DNA from: an uncultured Rhabdochlamydiaceae bacterium | Lineage (GTDB): Bacteria > Chlamydiota > Chlamydiia > Chlamydiales > Rhabdochlamydiaceae | Assembly: GCA_963712275.1 (NCBI GenBank) | Contig: CAVQHD010000001.1 | Location: 1,600,001 to 1,664,000, forward strand | DNA length: 64,000 nucleotides | Reading direction: 5' to 3' | Part shown: positions 29,561 through 41,931 of the stretch, one piece after another | How the letters are laid out: the number at the start of each line of letters is the position of its first letter | Position numbering within the stretch: the stretch's first letter is position 1 | Notes under the pieces: model-generated | What the model was told of the DNA's origin: nothing | What the model saw: only the letters and a program-made list of their open reading frames with translations | Databases searched by the model: none | Program-made: the position numbers and the translations under genes

Positions 29561-31331
29561 TTTTAGAGAGGAATAAAGCTTGTTCTTCCGGATCTGAGCT
29601 GACAAAAAGATAGCCTAAATACTTTACGCCTTCATCGTGCGAAGGGCGTGCTATGATAAGTTGAGATTCGTCAAAATCGGCGAGGTCAAGCTCTGGAATC
29701 ACCGATGCAAGGCCCATGGTGTAGACGGCAGAAGCGTCGTGCTCTACCTTAACTGCAGATACGGGAAAGTCCAAAAGTTGTTTCCATAGAAGAAGCCATT
29801 TTTTCAGTTGCTGCGGCGGTAAAAAACTACGCGCTTCGATAGGATAGAGAGTATGAAAAAATGTTTCTAGCAAGCGGTGCTCGGAGGCGGCTAAAAGCCT
29901 TTGAACTTGATCGATGAGCTCCACCTGCTTTGCAATCATTCCTCCTGTATAATCTCTTAAAGGCCCAATGACTTTCTCTAACTCTTGGAAAACAGCTTGA
30001 CGCGCGCGAAAAAGATCGACCGATGATTGATCGTCGCGTAAAAAGGGGAGGGAGGAAAGATGGACTCGAAAGACGGTGGCTTCCTTTGGGTACCGTTTCC
30101 TGAGGAGGCCCACTCTTTTGACTCGGTCAGGGATAAAACTTAAAGAACTTTCGCTCAAACCAAAAAGGTATTGAATCGAGTAACTTGTTGGGAATAAAAT
30201 TCTGACGAGAATCACGGTGAAAAACAACTCCCTTCCTTTTTGTTGATCAAAGATGAGAATCGCCTGGGGAAGATCTTTGACAAAATGAAGCTGCCCTGAA
30301 AGCGTCACAATATGCCTTAAGATCTCCTCTTCGTTACACGGCATAAAGATCGATTTTAATGGAACCTCGACAAATTTTCGGACTTCCTGTGCAAGGAAAG
30401 ATCTTAATCGTTTGATTTCAAACGGCATAAAAAGATCACCGCTCTCTTTTTCAATTTCAAGATAGAGGATCGAGATTCCTTTTGCATGCCCTTCATGACA
30501 ATAAAAAGAATCGGCAACAGCTTTAATCCCTGCCACTCCTCCAAGCAGCGCGCGGAAAAGATGCCTTTCTTCAAAAAGCTCTTCTTCGTTTAGAAAATTG
30601 AGACCCACACAAACACCCAAAACTTCCTTAGGCCCCCAAGGAAGATCCAATACAACGGGCCTTAACTTAAGTCGAATATGCCCCCTATAAGGATCATTTT
30701 CGCGCGCCCGTTCAATCGATTTTGTAAAAACATAGCATGCTGCTGCAATCCGACTTAAATGCTCTGCTGAACGGCGTGCTTTAAATTCGTCGCGGCTCAT
30801 CACCATAAATTGCTGAAGCTGCCCAAAGATATCGTAATCGAGAGCTTCAGGTTTTCTCTCGAGAAGTTTTGTGATCTTCTCTTGGATTTGGCCATGTTTT
30901 TGCTGAGGAGACGTGAAATGAGTTTCAAGAAGGCGGTTTGCATGATAAACAGAGACCATTCCCAAGCGAATTTCGGTTTCAATAACTTTTAAATTCCTCT
31001 CAATCTGCTCGCGAGGTAAGGTAGGATCCATTCGGAGAACCATTTCCGCCACCGTAAAATAGATAGATGGCTTCGAAGAAAAGTGAAAATCTGTTGAAAA
31101 GAGCGCTGAAACATCAATCCTTCGTCCAGGGATCAGCCACCGATGAATCATCTCGAAAAAAAACTTTGCCACATTTAATCGGTGCTTACACACAAAATGG
31201 AGTTTCAACTGATCCCTATTCCATTTCCACCGAAATAGAGGCAGATTTTGATCTGATTCTAAAAAAGATGCTTTTTCAGAATCTAAGATATGGGAAACCA
31301 GCTCTGGATATTCTGCTTCAAGTCCCTTCAT
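29547..31331 (-). CDS. Hypothetical protein, overlapping the end of the aspartokinase gene
   Basis: 594-aa ORF with no motif recognised. Confidence 0.7.
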   Translation of the reverse strand: MKGLEAEYPELVSHILDSEKASFLESDQNLPLFRWKWNRDQLKLHFVCKHRLNVAKFFFEMIHRWLIPGRRIDVSALFSTDFHFSSKPSIYFTVAEMVLRMDPTLPREQIERNLKVIETEIRLGMVSVYHANRLLETHFTSPQQKHGQIQEKITKLLERKPEALDYDIFGQLQQFMVMSRDEFKARRSAEHLSRIAAACYVFTKSIERARENDPYRGHIRLKLRPVVLDLPWGPKEVLGVCVGLNFLNEEELFEERHLFRALLGGVAGIKAVADSFYCHEGHAKGISILYLEIEKESGDLFMPFEIKRLRSFLAQEVRKFVEVPLKSIFMPCNEEEILRHIVTLSGQLHFVKDLPQAILIFDQQKGRELFFTVILVRILFPTSYSIQYLFGLSESSLSFIPDRVKRVGLLRKRYPKEATVFRVHLSSLPFLRDDQSSVDLFRARQAVFQELEKVIGPLRDYTGGMIAKQVELIDQVQRLLAASEHRLLETFFHTLYPIEARSFLPPQQLKKWLLLWKQLLDFPVSAVKVEHDASAVYTMGLASVIPELDLADFDESQLIIARPSHDEGVKYLGYLFVSSDPEEQALFLSKIKRI

Positions 31332-32100
31332 AAATGGGTAAACTCTTTTGGCTCAAACGGTTTTGATCTTTGATCCAAGTTCCTTCGGTCGAGGTTGGGT
31401 TAACAAAGGGCAGAACTTGAAGGGAGATTTGATTTTTCGCTGCGAGGTCAATGCAACGGCTTTGAAGAACTTTGGCCCCTTGCCGAGTGATTGTTAAAGC
31501 CTCTTTATAAGTTAAGAGGGGAAACAGTCGAGCCTCAGGATCTTTTTTAGGATCCGCACTAAAAATTCCTGGGACGTCTTTATAGAATTCCACATTCTGC
31601 GCTTTGAGAGCTGCTGCTAGGGCAACAGCTGTCGTATCAGACCCGCCTCGACCTAAAGTGGTAATGTCTCCTTCGAGGCTAACCCCTTGAAACCCCGCTA
31701 CAATGACAATCTTTCCTTGATTTAGGGCTCGAATAACCCGGTGTGGTTTGACATCTACAATTTTGGCCTCCGAATGATCTACTGTTGTAATAATCCCCGC
31801 TTGGCTTCCCGTTAAGCTGACAGCTTGCCCCCCTTTTAATTCTAAAGCCATCGCTAAAAGAGCCATACTAATTCTTTCACCGACAGAAACCAGCATATCT
31901 TCCTCTCTTTTTGGAGGATAAGGGTGAACTTTTCGAGCAAGCGCTAACAGTTCATTCGTTGTATTGCCCATTGCACTGACCACAACGATGATTTGAGACG
32001 CTTTCCGCGATCTTTGCAAAATTAAATCTGCAATTAAACTAAATTTTTCAGGCGACGCAACAGCTGCCCCGCCAAACTTAAGGATCGTGGGTTCCATCAA
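31318..32100 (-). CDS. lysC: Aspartate kinase, catalytic domain only
   Basis: LKFGG, VVVSAMG, TTLGRGGSDTTA and DVPGIFSADP motifs. No ACT domains. Confidence 0.9.
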   Translation of the reverse strand: MMEPTILKFGGAAVASPEKFSLIADLILQRSRKASQIIVVVSAMGNTTNELLALARKVHPYPPKREEDMLVSVGERISMALLAMALELKGGQAVSLTGSQAGIITTVDHSEAKIVDVKPHRVIRALNQGKIVIVAGFQGVSLEGDITTLGRGGSDTTAVALAAALKAQNVEFYKDVPGIFSADPKKDPEARLFPLLTYKEALTITRQGAKVLQSRCIDLAAKNQISLQVLPFVNPTSTEGTWIKDQNRLSQKSLPIYEGT

Positions 32101-32334
32101 TTTTGCAGTATACTGACCGATCTAAAATGGGTAAATATTCATTTATTGTGGTTTTTGTATTTTGTTCCTTGCCCGAATTTTCAATGATTTGCTATCTTTT
32201 TCTCATTAACCATTTGTTGGTGTGGTTTTTTGCTCCCCTTTTAACTCCCTACCTTCTAACCATGAATGAGAGTTAAAATTAAAACTTCACTGATGAGAGG
32301 CCATGAATGCTATGCAGGAGATACGTGAATTAAC

Positions 32335-34080
32335 ATGTCCAAACTAAAACACGATTGGAATTCAAGTAACATCATTGATGATGTCGATTATCATGAAGAA
32401 GACGCAGCTGTCTTCAAAAAACTTCTTTCAAGTCAGATTAAAGGAGAGACCGAAGGGCCTTTGAACTCTCTGAGCTCAGGGTACGTTCTGAAGGGACGCA
32501 TTGTCGAAATTACAAAAGACTTTGTCGTCATCGACGTCGGATTAAAGTCGGAAGGTCTTGTTCCTATCGCAGAGTTTACAGACTCATCGGAATTATTTCT
32601 TGATAATACGGTTGAAGTCTTTCTAGAACAAAACGAAGGTGAAGATGGGCAAATTATTCTTTCTCGAGATAAAGCACGCCGCCTTCGTCAGTGGGAAAAT
32701 ATCGTCCATAATTGTACAGAAGGATCCATTGTTACAGGGAAAGTAACTCGCAAAGTCAAAGGCGGGCTCATGGTTGACATCGGCATTGAAGCCTTCCTTC
32801 CAGGCTCCCAAATTGATAATAAACGGATTAAGAACCTTGATGAGTATCTCGATAAGATCTATGACTTTAAGATCTTAAAAATTAACACGGATCGTAAAAA
32901 CATCGTCGTCTCCAGACGAGAGCTTCTTGAAGAAGAGCGGATGACGAAAAAAGTCGAAATGCTTGAAAATTTCCAAGAAGGGGAAATGCGCCGCGGTATC
33001 GTCAAAAACATCACTGATTTTGGCGTCTTTTTGGATATCGATGGGGTTGATGGACTTCTTCATATTACAGATATGACTTGGAAGCGGATTAAACACCCCT
33101 CTGAGATGGTCCATGTTGGAGATGAACTTGAAGTCGTCATTCTCCATGTTGATCGCGAGAAAGGACGAGTAGCTCTTGGAATGAAGCAGAAAGAGAGCAA
33201 CCCTTGGGAAGACGTTGAGAAGCGGTACCCTATTGGAACCCATATCAAAGGGAAAATTACAAGCCTTGCTCCCTATGGAGCGTTCCTTGAAATAGAGCCC
33301 GGGATTGAAGGGCTTATCCATGTCTCTGAAATGTCATGGACAAAGCCGATCACCGATCCTAGCGAAGCCGTCAAAAAAGGGGATGAAGTAGAGGCCATTG
33401 TGCTTTCCATCCAAAAAGAGGAGGGGAAAATTTCCTTAGGGATGAAGCAGCTTGAGAAAAATCCTTGGGATGAAGTCGAAAAAAAATACCCGATTGGCTC
33501 TCACGTGACTGCTGAAATTCGAAATCTGACCAATTATGGGGCTTTTGTTGAGCTTGAACCAGGCATTGATGGCCTCATCCATATTTCTGACCTTAGTTGG
33601 ATTAAAAAAGTATCCCATCCTTCTGAAATTTTTAAAAAGGGTGATAAAGTTGAAGCAGTGATTCTTGGAATTGATAAGGAAAAAACACAGATTTCGCTTG
33701 GAGTCAAACAACTCAGCGAAAATCCATGGGAAAATGCTGCAAATACAATGCGTGTAGGATCCCTTGTCAAAGGCATTGTCTCAAAAATCACCGCCTTTGG
33801 AGCATTTGTTGCGCTTGACAACGGACTGGAAGGGCTCATCCATGTCACAGAACTCTCCGATCAACCTTTTGGCAAAGTCGAAGAAGTGATCTCTAAAGGC
33901 CAAAATGTTGTCGCTAAAGTGATGAAAGTCGATCCTGAAAATAAAAAAATCGCTCTTTCAATCAAAGAATATCTCATCGAAAAAAATAAAGAGAATCATG
34001 ATGACATCGTCGTTGGAGAGAAGAAAAAACGAACAACAAAAAAGAAGGCCAAGGAAAAAACTCCTGAGGAAGGCGAGTAG
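32335..34080 (+). CDS. rpsA: 30S ribosomal protein S1
   Basis: Six S1 repeats (e.g. [22 protein letters not shown]). Confidence 0.98.
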   Translation: MSKLKHDWNSSNIIDDVDYHEEDAAVFKKLLSSQIKGETEGPLNSLSSGYVLKGRIVEITKDFVVIDVGLKSEGLVPIAEFTDSSELFLDNTVEVFLEQNEGEDGQIILSRDKARRLRQWENIVHNCTEGSIVTGKVTRKVKGGLMVDIGIEAFLPGSQIDNKRIKNLDEYLDKIYDFKILKINTDRKNIVVSRRELLEEERMTKKVEMLENFQEGEMRRGIVKNITDFGVFLDIDGVDGLLHITDMTWKRIKHPSEMVHVGDELEVVILHVDREKGRVALGMKQKESNPWEDVEKRYPIGTHIKGKITSLAPYGAFLEIEPGIEGLIHVSEMSWTKPITDPSEAVKKGDEVEAIVLSIQKEEGKISLGMKQLEKNPWDEVEKKYPIGSHVTAEIRNLTNYGAFVELEPGIDGLIHISDLSWIKKVSHPSEIFKKGDKVEAVILGIDKEKTQISLGVKQLSENPWENAANTMRVGSLVKGIVSKITAFGAFVALDNGLEGLIHVTELSDQPFGKVEEVISKGQNVVAKVMKVDPENKKIALSIKEYLIEKNKENHDDIVVGEKKKRTTKKKAKEKTPEEGE

Positions 34081-34104
34081 TTTGGTTAATTTAGAGGTAA
34101 TGCA

Positions 34105-35403
34105 ATGAATAAAGATCTTCTTGCCTTTTTTGAATATCTTGAACGTGAAAAAGGTATCAAGCGAGAGGTGATTATCTCCACAATTGAAGAGGCTCTTCTT
34201 GTGGCAGCGCGCAAAAGCAATAAAGGGCTTATTAATCTTGCTGTTCATGTCAATCCTAAAACAGGAGATATTGATGTGACAGCCCAAAAAGAAGTGGTTG
34301 AACAGGTCAAGATTCCTGAAGAAGAAATCTCTCTTGAAGAAGCTCATATTTTAAACCCTTATGCTGAAATAGGCCAATGGATTGATATCTCTTGCATACC
34401 TCAAGATTTTGGCCGTATTGCCGCCCAGGCTGCAGGACAGGTGATTTCGCAACAGCTCCGTTCTGCTGAGCGAGATGTCATTTATGAAGAATATCGGCAT
34501 CGAGTTAACGAACTCATCTCCGGTACGGTCAAACGTCTTGTGCGTGGGGCAACTCTCATCGTCGACCTCGGCAAAGTCGAAAGCATTCTTCCAGACCGTT
34601 TTTATCCAAAAACGGAGAAATATAATGTCGGCGATCGAGTCCAAGCTCTCTTGTTCGAGGTTCGCGACACGGAAAATGGGGGGGCCGAAGTCATTTTAAG
34701 CCGCAGCCACCCTGAATTTGTACGTCAACTCTTCTTCCAGGAAGTTCCCGAATTGCAAGATGGAACCGTGACAATTGAAAAAATTGTTCGCGATGCAGGA
34801 TACCGCACAAAGCTTGTCGTTAAGTCGTCTGAGCCCAAAGTCGATCCTGTCGGGGCTTGCGTCGGAGTACGCGGTAGCCGAGTTAAAAACATTATTCGCG
34901 AACTGAATAATGAAAAAATTGATATCATCCCCTATTCCGAGGACCCGCTGCAACTGCTCATCAATGCTTTAGCGCCTATTGAACCTCGGCGAATGGAAGT
35001 GAGTGAAGATGAAACAATGGTTTCTATTGTGGTTGATGACGAAAATTACCCCGCTGTCCTTGGAAAGAGAGGAATGAATGCACGGCTCAATGGACAATTG
35101 ATTGATGCTGAGCTGCAAGTCCAAAAAATCAGCGACTACCAGCAGCTTGCCTCTATCCAACGGCAACAGCTCGCTCTCGCAGAAGATCCCTCTTTAGATG
35201 AGAAATTGCAAGCCAGCGATGTCGGCTCTCCAAGCCATAAGCTCTATATAGAAAGCTTGATTTCAGCAGGCTATGATACACCTCGAAAAGTGCTCAGTAC
35301 AACAGCTGAGGAACTTGCGAAAATCCCTGAAATCAGCAGCCTAGATATGGCGATGAAGATCCTAGACGATATTTACAAGAAAAAAGGGTTAAAAGTTGGC
35401 TAA
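34105..35403 (+). CDS. nusA: Transcription factor NusA
   Basis: FGRIAAQAA and [14 protein letters not shown] motifs, with KH domains. Confidence 0.98.
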   Translation: MNKDLLAFFEYLEREKGIKREVIISTIEEALLVAARKSNKGLINLAVHVNPKTGDIDVTAQKEVVEQVKIPEEEISLEEAHILNPYAEIGQWIDISCIPQDFGRIAAQAAGQVISQQLRSAERDVIYEEYRHRVNELISGTVKRLVRGATLIVDLGKVESILPDRFYPKTEKYNVGDRVQALLFEVRDTENGGAEVILSRSHPEFVRQLFFQEVPELQDGTVTIEKIVRDAGYRTKLVVKSSEPKVDPVGACVGVRGSRVKNIIRELNNEKIDIIPYSEDPLQLLINALAPIEPRRMEVSEDETMVSIVVDDENYPAVLGKRGMNARLNGQLIDAELQVQKISDYQQLASIQRQQLALAEDPSLDEKLQASDVGSPSHKLYIESLISAGYDTPRKVLSTTAEELAKIPEISSLDMAMKILDDIYKKKGLKVG

Positions 35404-38137
35404 AAACTTAAAAATCAAAGTTAAAAACACTCAGCTTGCGGAAGCGCTTAAAAAACTCAAAAAATCAGAAGAAATTCTGCCAGAAAAGCAACCCGCTAGG
35501 CTCTCTCCAACTTCTAGAACCTCTCCTGTGTCCGAGAAGCCTCCGGAGGTTTCTATCCCTAAGGCTTCAGCAGCTCCAGAAGAAGCCCCTCCCCCTCCTG
35601 CCGCTAAAGAAATCGTTAAACAAACGGCACCCGAGCAACAACAAGAAGCAGCCACTCCTACAACTCCAAGCCCAATTCCAAAACCAATTCCAAAACCAAT
35701 TCTGGGCCCTAAATACCCCTCTCAAACATCCCAACAGCTCGGACCTAAACCTCCAGAGCAACGTCGATTTACCCCAAGACCCTCTTATCAACCTAGATCT
35801 GATCAACGCTCTTTTGGACCTCGGCAGGGCGCTCCTTACCAACCCAACTCGCACGAACCCCGTTCATTTGGCCCAAGACCTCCTACAGATTCAAGAGAAT
35901 TCCAATCTCCTCGTCCAGCAGGCCCCGGCGGTTTTGGAGGTCCTAGACCACATACACCGCGGTATGAAGGATCAGGAGGCCCGCGTCCCTATCAACAAAG
36001 ACCCAACCAACCTTATCAACAAAGACCCGGTGGAGGGTTCCGAGGCCCTCTCCGAGGCTCTCAAGGACCCTATAGGCCCCCCTATAAACCCCAAGGACCT
36101 GCAGGAGCCCCCCCCCGTTTTGGGGTGTCACCTATCCCAAAGGACTTTCCTTCAACAAAAGCTCCTCGCGGAGGTGAAGAAACAAAACGAAAACCGAGCT
36201 TTAAAGATAAAGATAAAATCAGCAAAAAACCTGAGGTTTATCGAGCTTTTGACTCTCGCGATAGACAAGGGCTGCGAGATGAAAATGATGAAGGATGGAG
36301 ATCTCGAAGAGCACGTTCCCTAAAAAGCCGCTTTACAACAGATGAAGAAATTGTTATTCGTCCTAAGACACTCCTCATTCGGCTTCCAATCACCATTAAA
36401 GATCTTGCCGCCGAAATGAAGCTCAAAGCATCTCAGCTCCTATCTAATTTGTTCATGAAAGGAGCTATTCTCACCCTGAACGATTACCTGGATGATGAGA
36501 CCACCGTTCAGCTTCTAGGACACGATTTTGAGTGTGAAATTACCATCGACACCTCTGAAGAAAAACGGCTAAAAATCACGGATCAGACTATCAAACAAGA
36601 GATCGAAAACACTCCCAAAGATGAAGTGATCTTAAGAAGTCCTGTTGTCGCTTTCATGGGCCATGTCGATCACGGAAAAACAAGCTTAATCGATGCTATT
36701 CGCAAAACCAATACCGCCGCAGATGAAGCAGGAGCGATCACTCAACATATTGGAGCTTTTAAATCTCATACTGCTTTTGGCGATCTCACCATCCTCGATA
36801 CCCCCGGCCACGAAGCTTTTTCAGCCATGAGGTCTCGAGGGACTGAAGTCACAGATATTGTCGTCCTAGTTGTCGCAGGAGATGAAGGACTTCGGGCACA
36901 AACCATAGAAGCTATTGAACAGGCCCGCCAAGGGAATGTTCCCATTGTCGTTGCCATCAATAAATCAGATAAGCCCAACTTCAATGCCGACAACGTCTAT
37001 CGGCAGCTTGCAGAAAACAATCTTGTTCCAGAAGCCTGGGGAGGACAAACCATCACAATCAACTGCTCAGCCTTGACAGGGGATGGAATCAAAACCCTTT
37101 TAGAGATGTTAGCTCTTCAAGCTGAAGTTCTTGAGCTCAAAGCCAACCCTCATACACGAGCCAGAGGAGCTGTAATTGAATCAGAAATGCATAAAGGAAT
37201 GGGAGCTGTCACCACCGTCCTCGTTCAAAATGGAACCTTGCATCTTGGCGATGCGATTGTCTTCACCGACCATTGGGGGCGAGTCAAAACAATGCAAGAT
37301 GAGCATGGTCAATTGGTTGAGCAGGCTTCTCCTTCAACCCCAGTTAAAATTACAGGTCTTTCAGGACTTCCAGAAGCCGGAAGCGACTTTATCGTCGTCA
37401 AAGATGAAAAAGAAGCACGTGAAGTCTGTGAAGAGCGTGCGATTCAGAAGAAACACGTGGCATTGCAAGCCAAGCGAAGCGGCCTAGAAGGCCTGCTTCA
37501 GCAGCAGATGCAAAAGCAAGAGAAGAAGGTTTTACATCTGATGCTCCGTGCTGATGTCCAAGGCTCACTTGAAGCTCTTAAGCACTCTCTAGAGAAAATT
37601 GTCTCTAGCAAGATTGAAACAAACATTGTATCGGCCACTGTTGGAGAAATTTCTGAATCCGATATTCAACTTGCCGCAGCCTCCAAAGCCACAATCATTG
37701 GTTTTCATACTCAAATTGAACCTCGCGCAGAGCCACTTATCAAAGAGCTCCACGTCAAAGTCCGCCTCCATGATATTATCTATCATGCCGTCGACGATGT
37801 GAAAGAAATCATGATTAGCCTGCTCGATAGAATTGCTCAAGAAAATGATGTAGGAGAAGTGATTGTTAAAGCCATCTTTAAATCATCTCAGATTGGGAAT
37901 ATTGCAGGATGCCAAGTCACAGAAGGCTCTATCAAACGATCCAGCCATGTCCGCGTTATTCGTGATAAAGAAGTCATTTGGAAAGGCCCTATTGCCTCTC
38001 TGAAAAAAATCAAAGAAGACGTGCGTGAAGTTTCAAAAGGACATGAGTGCGGCATCCTCCTTCAAGGGTTTAATGATTTTAAAGAAGGGGATCTGCTCCA
38101 AGCGTATGAAGTCACTTATCTAACACCTGAGCTCTAG
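35396..38137 (+). CDS. infB: Translation initiation factor IF-2
   Basis: [17 protein letters not shown] and NKSD motifs, with a Pro/Gly/Arg-rich N-terminus. Confidence 0.98.
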   Translation: MAKNLKIKVKNTQLAEALKKLKKSEEILPEKQPARLSPTSRTSPVSEKPPEVSIPKASAAPEEAPPPPAAKEIVKQTAPEQQQEAATPTTPSPIPKPIPKPILGPKYPSQTSQQLGPKPPEQRRFTPRPSYQPRSDQRSFGPRQGAPYQPNSHEPRSFGPRPPTDSREFQSPRPAGPGGFGGPRPHTPRYEGSGGPRPYQQRPNQPYQQRPGGGFRGPLRGSQGPYRPPYKPQGPAGAPPRFGVSPIPKDFPSTKAPRGGEETKRKPSFKDKDKISKKPEVYRAFDSRDRQGLRDENDEGWRSRRARSLKSRFTTDEEIVIRPKTLLIRLPITIKDLAAEMKLKASQLLSNLFMKGAILTLNDYLDDETTVQLLGHDFECEITIDTSEEKRLKITDQTIKQEIENTPKDEVILRSPVVAFMGHVDHGKTSLIDAIRKTNTAADEAGAITQHIGAFKSHTAFGDLTILDTPGHEAFSAMRSRGTEVTDIVVLVVAGDEGLRAQTIEAIEQARQGNVPIVVAINKSDKPNFNADNVYRQLAENNLVPEAWGGQTITINCSALTGDGIKTLLEMLALQAEVLELKANPHTRARGAVIESEMHKGMGAVTTVLVQNGTLHLGDAIVFTDHWGRVKTMQDEHGQLVEQASPSTPVKITGLSGLPEAGSDFIVVKDEKEAREVCEERAIQKKHVALQAKRSGLEGLLQQQMQKQEKKVLHLMLRADVQGSLEALKHSLEKIVSSKIETNIVSATVGEISESDIQLAAASKATIIGFHTQIEPRAEPLIKELHVKVRLHDIIYHAVDDVKEIMISLLDRIAQENDVGEVIVKAIFKSSQIGNIAGCQVTEGSIKRSSHVRVIRDKEVIWKGPIASLKKIKEDVREVSKGHECGILLQGFNDFKEGDLLQAYEVTYLTPEL

Positions 38138-38138
38138 T

Positions 38139-38516
38139 ATGGTTAAGAGAGTTAATCGATTAAATTCTCTTCTCAAGGAAGTGATCTCAGAGGTTGTGAT
38201 GCGAGCGGTTCGCAACCCCAAGATCAATGCTCTCATCACCATCAAAAAAGTTGAAGTGACCAAGGATTTGCACCATGCAAAAGTTTATGTAAGCTTGATT
38301 GGCTCTGCAGCTGAAAAGGAGCAAACACTTCAAGCGCTCAAATCAGCGGCAGGTTTCATTTCAGTCCAAGCTGCTAAGAAAGTGGTCATGCGGTATTTTC
38401 CAGCCCTCGCCTTTTATCTTGACGATACCTTAGAAGATGAGCTGAGAATTCATGCTCTCCTAGAACAAATTCGTCAAGAAAAAACCTCTCGCGAAAATGT
38501 GCGCGAAAATGAATAA
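38139..38516 (+). CDS. rbfA: Ribosome-binding factor A
   Basis: VEVTKDLHHAKVYVS and RYFPALAFYLD motifs. Directly follows infB. Confidence 0.95.
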   Translation: MVKRVNRLNSLLKEVISEVVMRAVRNPKINALITIKKVEVTKDLHHAKVYVSLIGSAAEKEQTLQALKSAAGFISVQAAKKVVMRYFPALAFYLDDTLEDELRIHALLEQIRQEKTSRENVRENE

Positions 38517-39171
38517 CTTCATCAAAGAAGGAGTTCTTCTTGTGAATAAACCGCGAGGCAAAACCTCTTTTAGCCTCGTTGCAGCCCTCCGCAAAAAAAC
38601 TAGCATTCAAAAAATTGGCCATGCTGGAACCCTTGACCCTTTTGCAACAGGGCTCATAGTTTTACTGATCGGAAAAAAGTTTACGCGCCTCTCCGATGTG
38701 TACCTTTCAACAGAAAAGGAATATGAAGCCGAGCTCACCCTTGGAACCTCAACCGATTCCTATGACTGCGATGGAAAAATTACCGGCACTTCACCCCTCA
38801 TCCCCTCCCTTGGCGAGATTGAACGTGCCCTTGAACAATTTCAAGGAACCATTTTTCAGACCCCTCCGATGTTTTCCGCCAAAAAAATTAAAGGACAAAC
38901 CCTCTATAAACTCGCTCGCAGAGGAATTGAAATCGCAAGACCTGCTGTAGAGGTCACATTAAAAACATCTTTCCTAGCCTATAACTACCCTTTCCTCTAT
39001 CTCCACATTGTCTGTTCGAAAGGGACCTATATTCGATCGATTGCCGACGATCTCGGCAAGTTACTACGGTGCGGAGCCCATCTCTCAAAACTCCACCGCC
39101 TCCGGTGCGGATCTTTCCACGTCTCCGGTAGTATTCCCGGTGATCTTCTCTTTGCTCAGGATCCCTCATGA
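38497..39171 (+). CDS. truB: tRNA pseudouridine-55 synthase
   Basis: KIGHAGTLDPFATG and CSKGTYIRS motifs. Confidence 0.96.
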   Translation: MCAKMNNFIKEGVLLVNKPRGKTSFSLVAALRKKTSIQKIGHAGTLDPFATGLIVLLIGKKFTRLSDVYLSTEKEYEAELTLGTSTDSYDCDGKITGTSPLIPSLGEIERALEQFQGTIFQTPPMFSAKKIKGQTLYKLARRGIEIARPAVEVTLKTSFLAYNYPFLYLHIVCSKGTYIRSIADDLGKLLRCGAHLSKLHRLRCGSFHVSGSIPGDLLFAQDPS

Positions 39172-39713
39172 TTGTCATTGAAAAGCTTGATCAAATCCCC
39201 CCTCTACAGCAACCGATTGCTCTGACAATTGGCACCTTTGATGGAGTCCACCTCGGCCACCAATACCTTTTTCAAGAGCTTAAAAAACGGGGATACGCCG
39301 TCGCTGTCACCTTTTCAAATCACCCCCTTGATATCCTTGCTCCTCAGCAAGCGCCGACTCCTCTTTTACCTCTTTCTGAAAAATTAGAACTCTTCAAGCA
39401 GCATGGGATCCAAATGACCCTTTTAATCCCCTTTACACAAGAGCTCTCAGTGACCCCCTACGACATTTTTTTACAAAACCTCCATACCGCCCTCCCCTTT
39501 TCCACCCTTGTCCTAGGAGAAGATGCAAGGCTTGGCGCACGAGCAGAGGGAGATCTGCCTAAGATTCAAGCTCTTTCAAAAATCATCGGATTTGAAGCCC
39601 TTTTTCTTCCTAAACTCACACTTGATGGGGAAGTTATCTCCTCTCGTCAAATTCGAGAGCTCCTTAAAACAAACCAGACAGACAAAGCCGTCCGTTACTT
39701 AGGAGAGAAATAA
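39168..39713 (+). CDS. ribF: FAD synthetase domain of RibF only (no riboflavin kinase domain)
   Basis: IGTFDGVHLGHQ and ISSRQIR motifs. Stops at 181 aa, right after the adenylyltransferase domain. Confidence 0.8.
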   Translation: MIVIEKLDQIPPLQQPIALTIGTFDGVHLGHQYLFQELKKRGYAVAVTFSNHPLDILAPQQAPTPLLPLSEKLELFKQHGIQMTLLIPFTQELSVTPYDIFLQNLHTALPFSTLVLGEDARLGARAEGDLPKIQALSKIIGFEALFLPKLTLDGEVISSRQIRELLKTNQTDKAVRYLGEK

Positions 39714-39715
39714 GT

Positions 39716-40813
39716 ATGCCAGGACTTTCTTGCGGAATCGTAGGCCTTCCCAATGTTGGCAAATCGACCCTTTTTAACGCGCTCACGCGAAAAATGGCAG
39801 CTGCAGCTGCTAATTACCCGTTTTGCACTATCGACCCCAATGTCGGAATCGTCGATGTCGATGACCCTAGGCTCACAGCTCTTTCCACCCTTTCCCACAG
39901 CAAAAAAATCGTCCCAGCCACCGTTACTTTTGTCGATATTGCAGGGCTTGTCAAGGGCGCTTCTGAAGGAGAAGGACTTGGAAATCAGTTCTTAACCAAT
40001 ATCCGAGAAACCGATAGCATTATCCAAGTCGTCCGGGCCTTTGAAGACACTGATGTCATCCACGTCGCAGGCAAAGTCGATCCTCTCTCCGACATCGAGG
40101 TGATCAATCTAGAACTTATCCTCTCCGATCTTCAGATGGCGGATAATATCGCCAAAAAACTCGAAAAACAGCTAAAAGTTAAAAAAGACCTCATCCCCGT
40201 TCACGACGCCCTTCTAAAGAGCATCGCGCACCTCAACTCAAATCAGCCGCTTCGAACCTTCAAAGGAACTCCTGAAGAGATGCAAGCAATTGCCACTTAC
40301 CCTTTCCTCACCAATAAAAAAATGCTTTACATTGCCAACATCAGCGAGGCATCGCTCCCCTCCATGGAAAACGACCACGTCCGTACCATCCGTGACTATG
40401 CAGCTAAACAAGGAACGACCGTCATCCCCATTTGCGCTAAATTAGAGGAAGAGCTCTCTCAACTCTCTATCGAAGAAGCGCAGCAGTACCTCCAATCGCT
40501 GGGGCTGGAAGAGACAGGGCTAACTCGCCTCATTCGGGCTGCTTTCTCAACACTTGGCCTCATCACCTACATTACATCTGGTGAAATTGAAACGCGCGCT
40601 TGGCCGATCCTCAAAGGGACATCCGCTCAAGAAGCCGCAGGTAAAATCCACTCCGATATTCAAAAAGGATTTATCCGCGCTGAAGTTGTCGCCTTCCCCG
40701 ATATGATCGCCTACAAAGGGCGCGTAGGGGCTCGCGAGGCCGGCAAAGCCCGCTCCGAAGGGAAAGAGTACCTCGTCCAAGATGGCGACGTCATCCTCTT
40801 TTACCACAATTAA
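39716..40813 (+). CDS. ychF: Redox-regulated ATPase YchF
   Basis: [31 protein letters not shown] and GFIRAEV motifs. Confidence 0.98.
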   Translation: MPGLSCGIVGLPNVGKSTLFNALTRKMAAAAANYPFCTIDPNVGIVDVDDPRLTALSTLSHSKKIVPATVTFVDIAGLVKGASEGEGLGNQFLTNIRETDSIIQVVRAFEDTDVIHVAGKVDPLSDIEVINLELILSDLQMADNIAKKLEKQLKVKKDLIPVHDALLKSIAHLNSNQPLRTFKGTPEEMQAIATYPFLTNKKMLYIANISEASLPSMENDHVRTIRDYAAKQGTTVIPICAKLEEELSQLSIEEAQQYLQSLGLEETGLTRLIRAAFSTLGLITYITSGEIETRAWPILKGTSAQEAAGKIHSDIQKGFIRAEVVAFPDMIAYKGRVGAREAGKARSEGKEYLVQDGDVILFYHN

Positions 40814-40815
40814 CG

Positions 40816-41931
40816 ATGCACCTCTTTATTTCATGCCCCCCTAAATTAGAGTCGCTTCTCACTGAAGAACTGAACCTCTTGGGCATTCCAGCCCGTCCAT
40901 GGCCGCGCGGCGCCTCTGCTTCTCCCACGCTAGAAAATGTCTATCGGATTAATATGGAAAGCCGCCTCGCCACTCGCGTTTTATGGCCCCTCAAGCATTT
41001 CGAATGCGCAGATCGAGAAACCCTTTACAAAGAAATCTTGCAAATCGACTGGAGCCCCTGGATCACTCTTGACTCCACCTTCTCTATCGACGCCAACGTC
41101 TCGCAAACCCTAGGGTTTCGTCATAGCCATTTTGCAGGGCTTGTGATGAAAGATGCCATCTGCGATCAATTTCGAGAAAAAACAGGCGAGCGCCCTTCCA
41201 TTGACGTCCGAAACCCCGCCGTCCAACTCCACCTCTTCATCCATAAAAACAAAGCAACGGTCAGCTTCGACACCTCCGGAACTCCCCTCTTCAAAAGAGG
41301 ATATCGAGCCAAAACAACCCAGGCTCCCCTTCAAGAAACCCTTGCAGCCGCCGTCCTCAGCCTCGCTGACTACACACCGGATGACATTCTATGCGATCCC
41401 TTCTGCGGATCAGGCACCTTTCTTTGGGAAGCCGCCCTCATCGCAACCCGCACCCCGCCAGGGTTCTTCCGCGATTCCTTTGGAGTTTTCAAACACCCTG
41501 AGTTCTCCCTCCCTTCTTGGAATACCTATTTACAAACCGTGCAAAACAAACGGTCGCTTCTCCGCCCCTATTCGATTTTTGGAGGAGATCGAGATTTAAA
41601 AGCCATTGAAGCATGCCGAGCCACTATGACAAAGGCAGGGCTTCCCCTCCACTTTCAACACACCGACATCAGGCTCTTCCGCCCTCCTGCCATCCCAACG
41701 CTTGTCGTCACCAACCCCCCTTACGGCATCCGTATGAGCGCCACCAGCAATCCCTATGCCGCCCTCGCTCAATTCCTTGAGACAACCTGCCAAGGGCGCG
41801 CCAGAGCCGCCATCTTAAGCCCCCTCGAGCGACTCCCTGCCCCCTTCAAAGGCTCTTTTCTAAAGCCGATTCCTCTTCAGAATGGCGGCCTTGACATCTT
41901 TTTACACCGACTGGGGCCCGTAAATGAATAA
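40816..41931 (+). CDS. THUMP-domain RNA methyltransferase (RlmL-like); last 6 codons supplied by element D
   Basis: LFKRGYR, APLQETLAA, DPFCGSGT and TNPPYG motifs. Ends in LGPVNE*. Confidence 0.9.
   Translation: MHLFISCPPKLESLLTEELNLLGIPARPWPRGASASPTLENVYRINMESRLATRVLWPLKHFECADRETLYKEILQIDWSPWITLDSTFSIDANVSQTLGFRHSHFAGLVMKDAICDQFREKTGERPSIDVRNPAVQLHLFIHKNKATVSFDTSGTPLFKRGYRAKTTQAPLQETLAAAVLSLADYTPDDILCDPFCGSGTFLWEAALIATRTPPGFFRDSFGVFKHPEFSLPSWNTYLQTVQNKRSLLRPYSIFGGDRDLKAIEACRATMTKAGLPLHFQHTDIRLFRPPAIPTLVVTNPPYGIRMSATSNPYAALAQFLETTCQGRARAAILSPLERLPAPFKGSFLKPIPLQNGGLDIFLHRLGPVNE

Noticed and set aside
35436..36323. 295-aa alternative-frame ORF inside infB
   Set aside because: It shadows the Pro-rich low-complexity IF-2 N-terminus and has no recognisable motifs.
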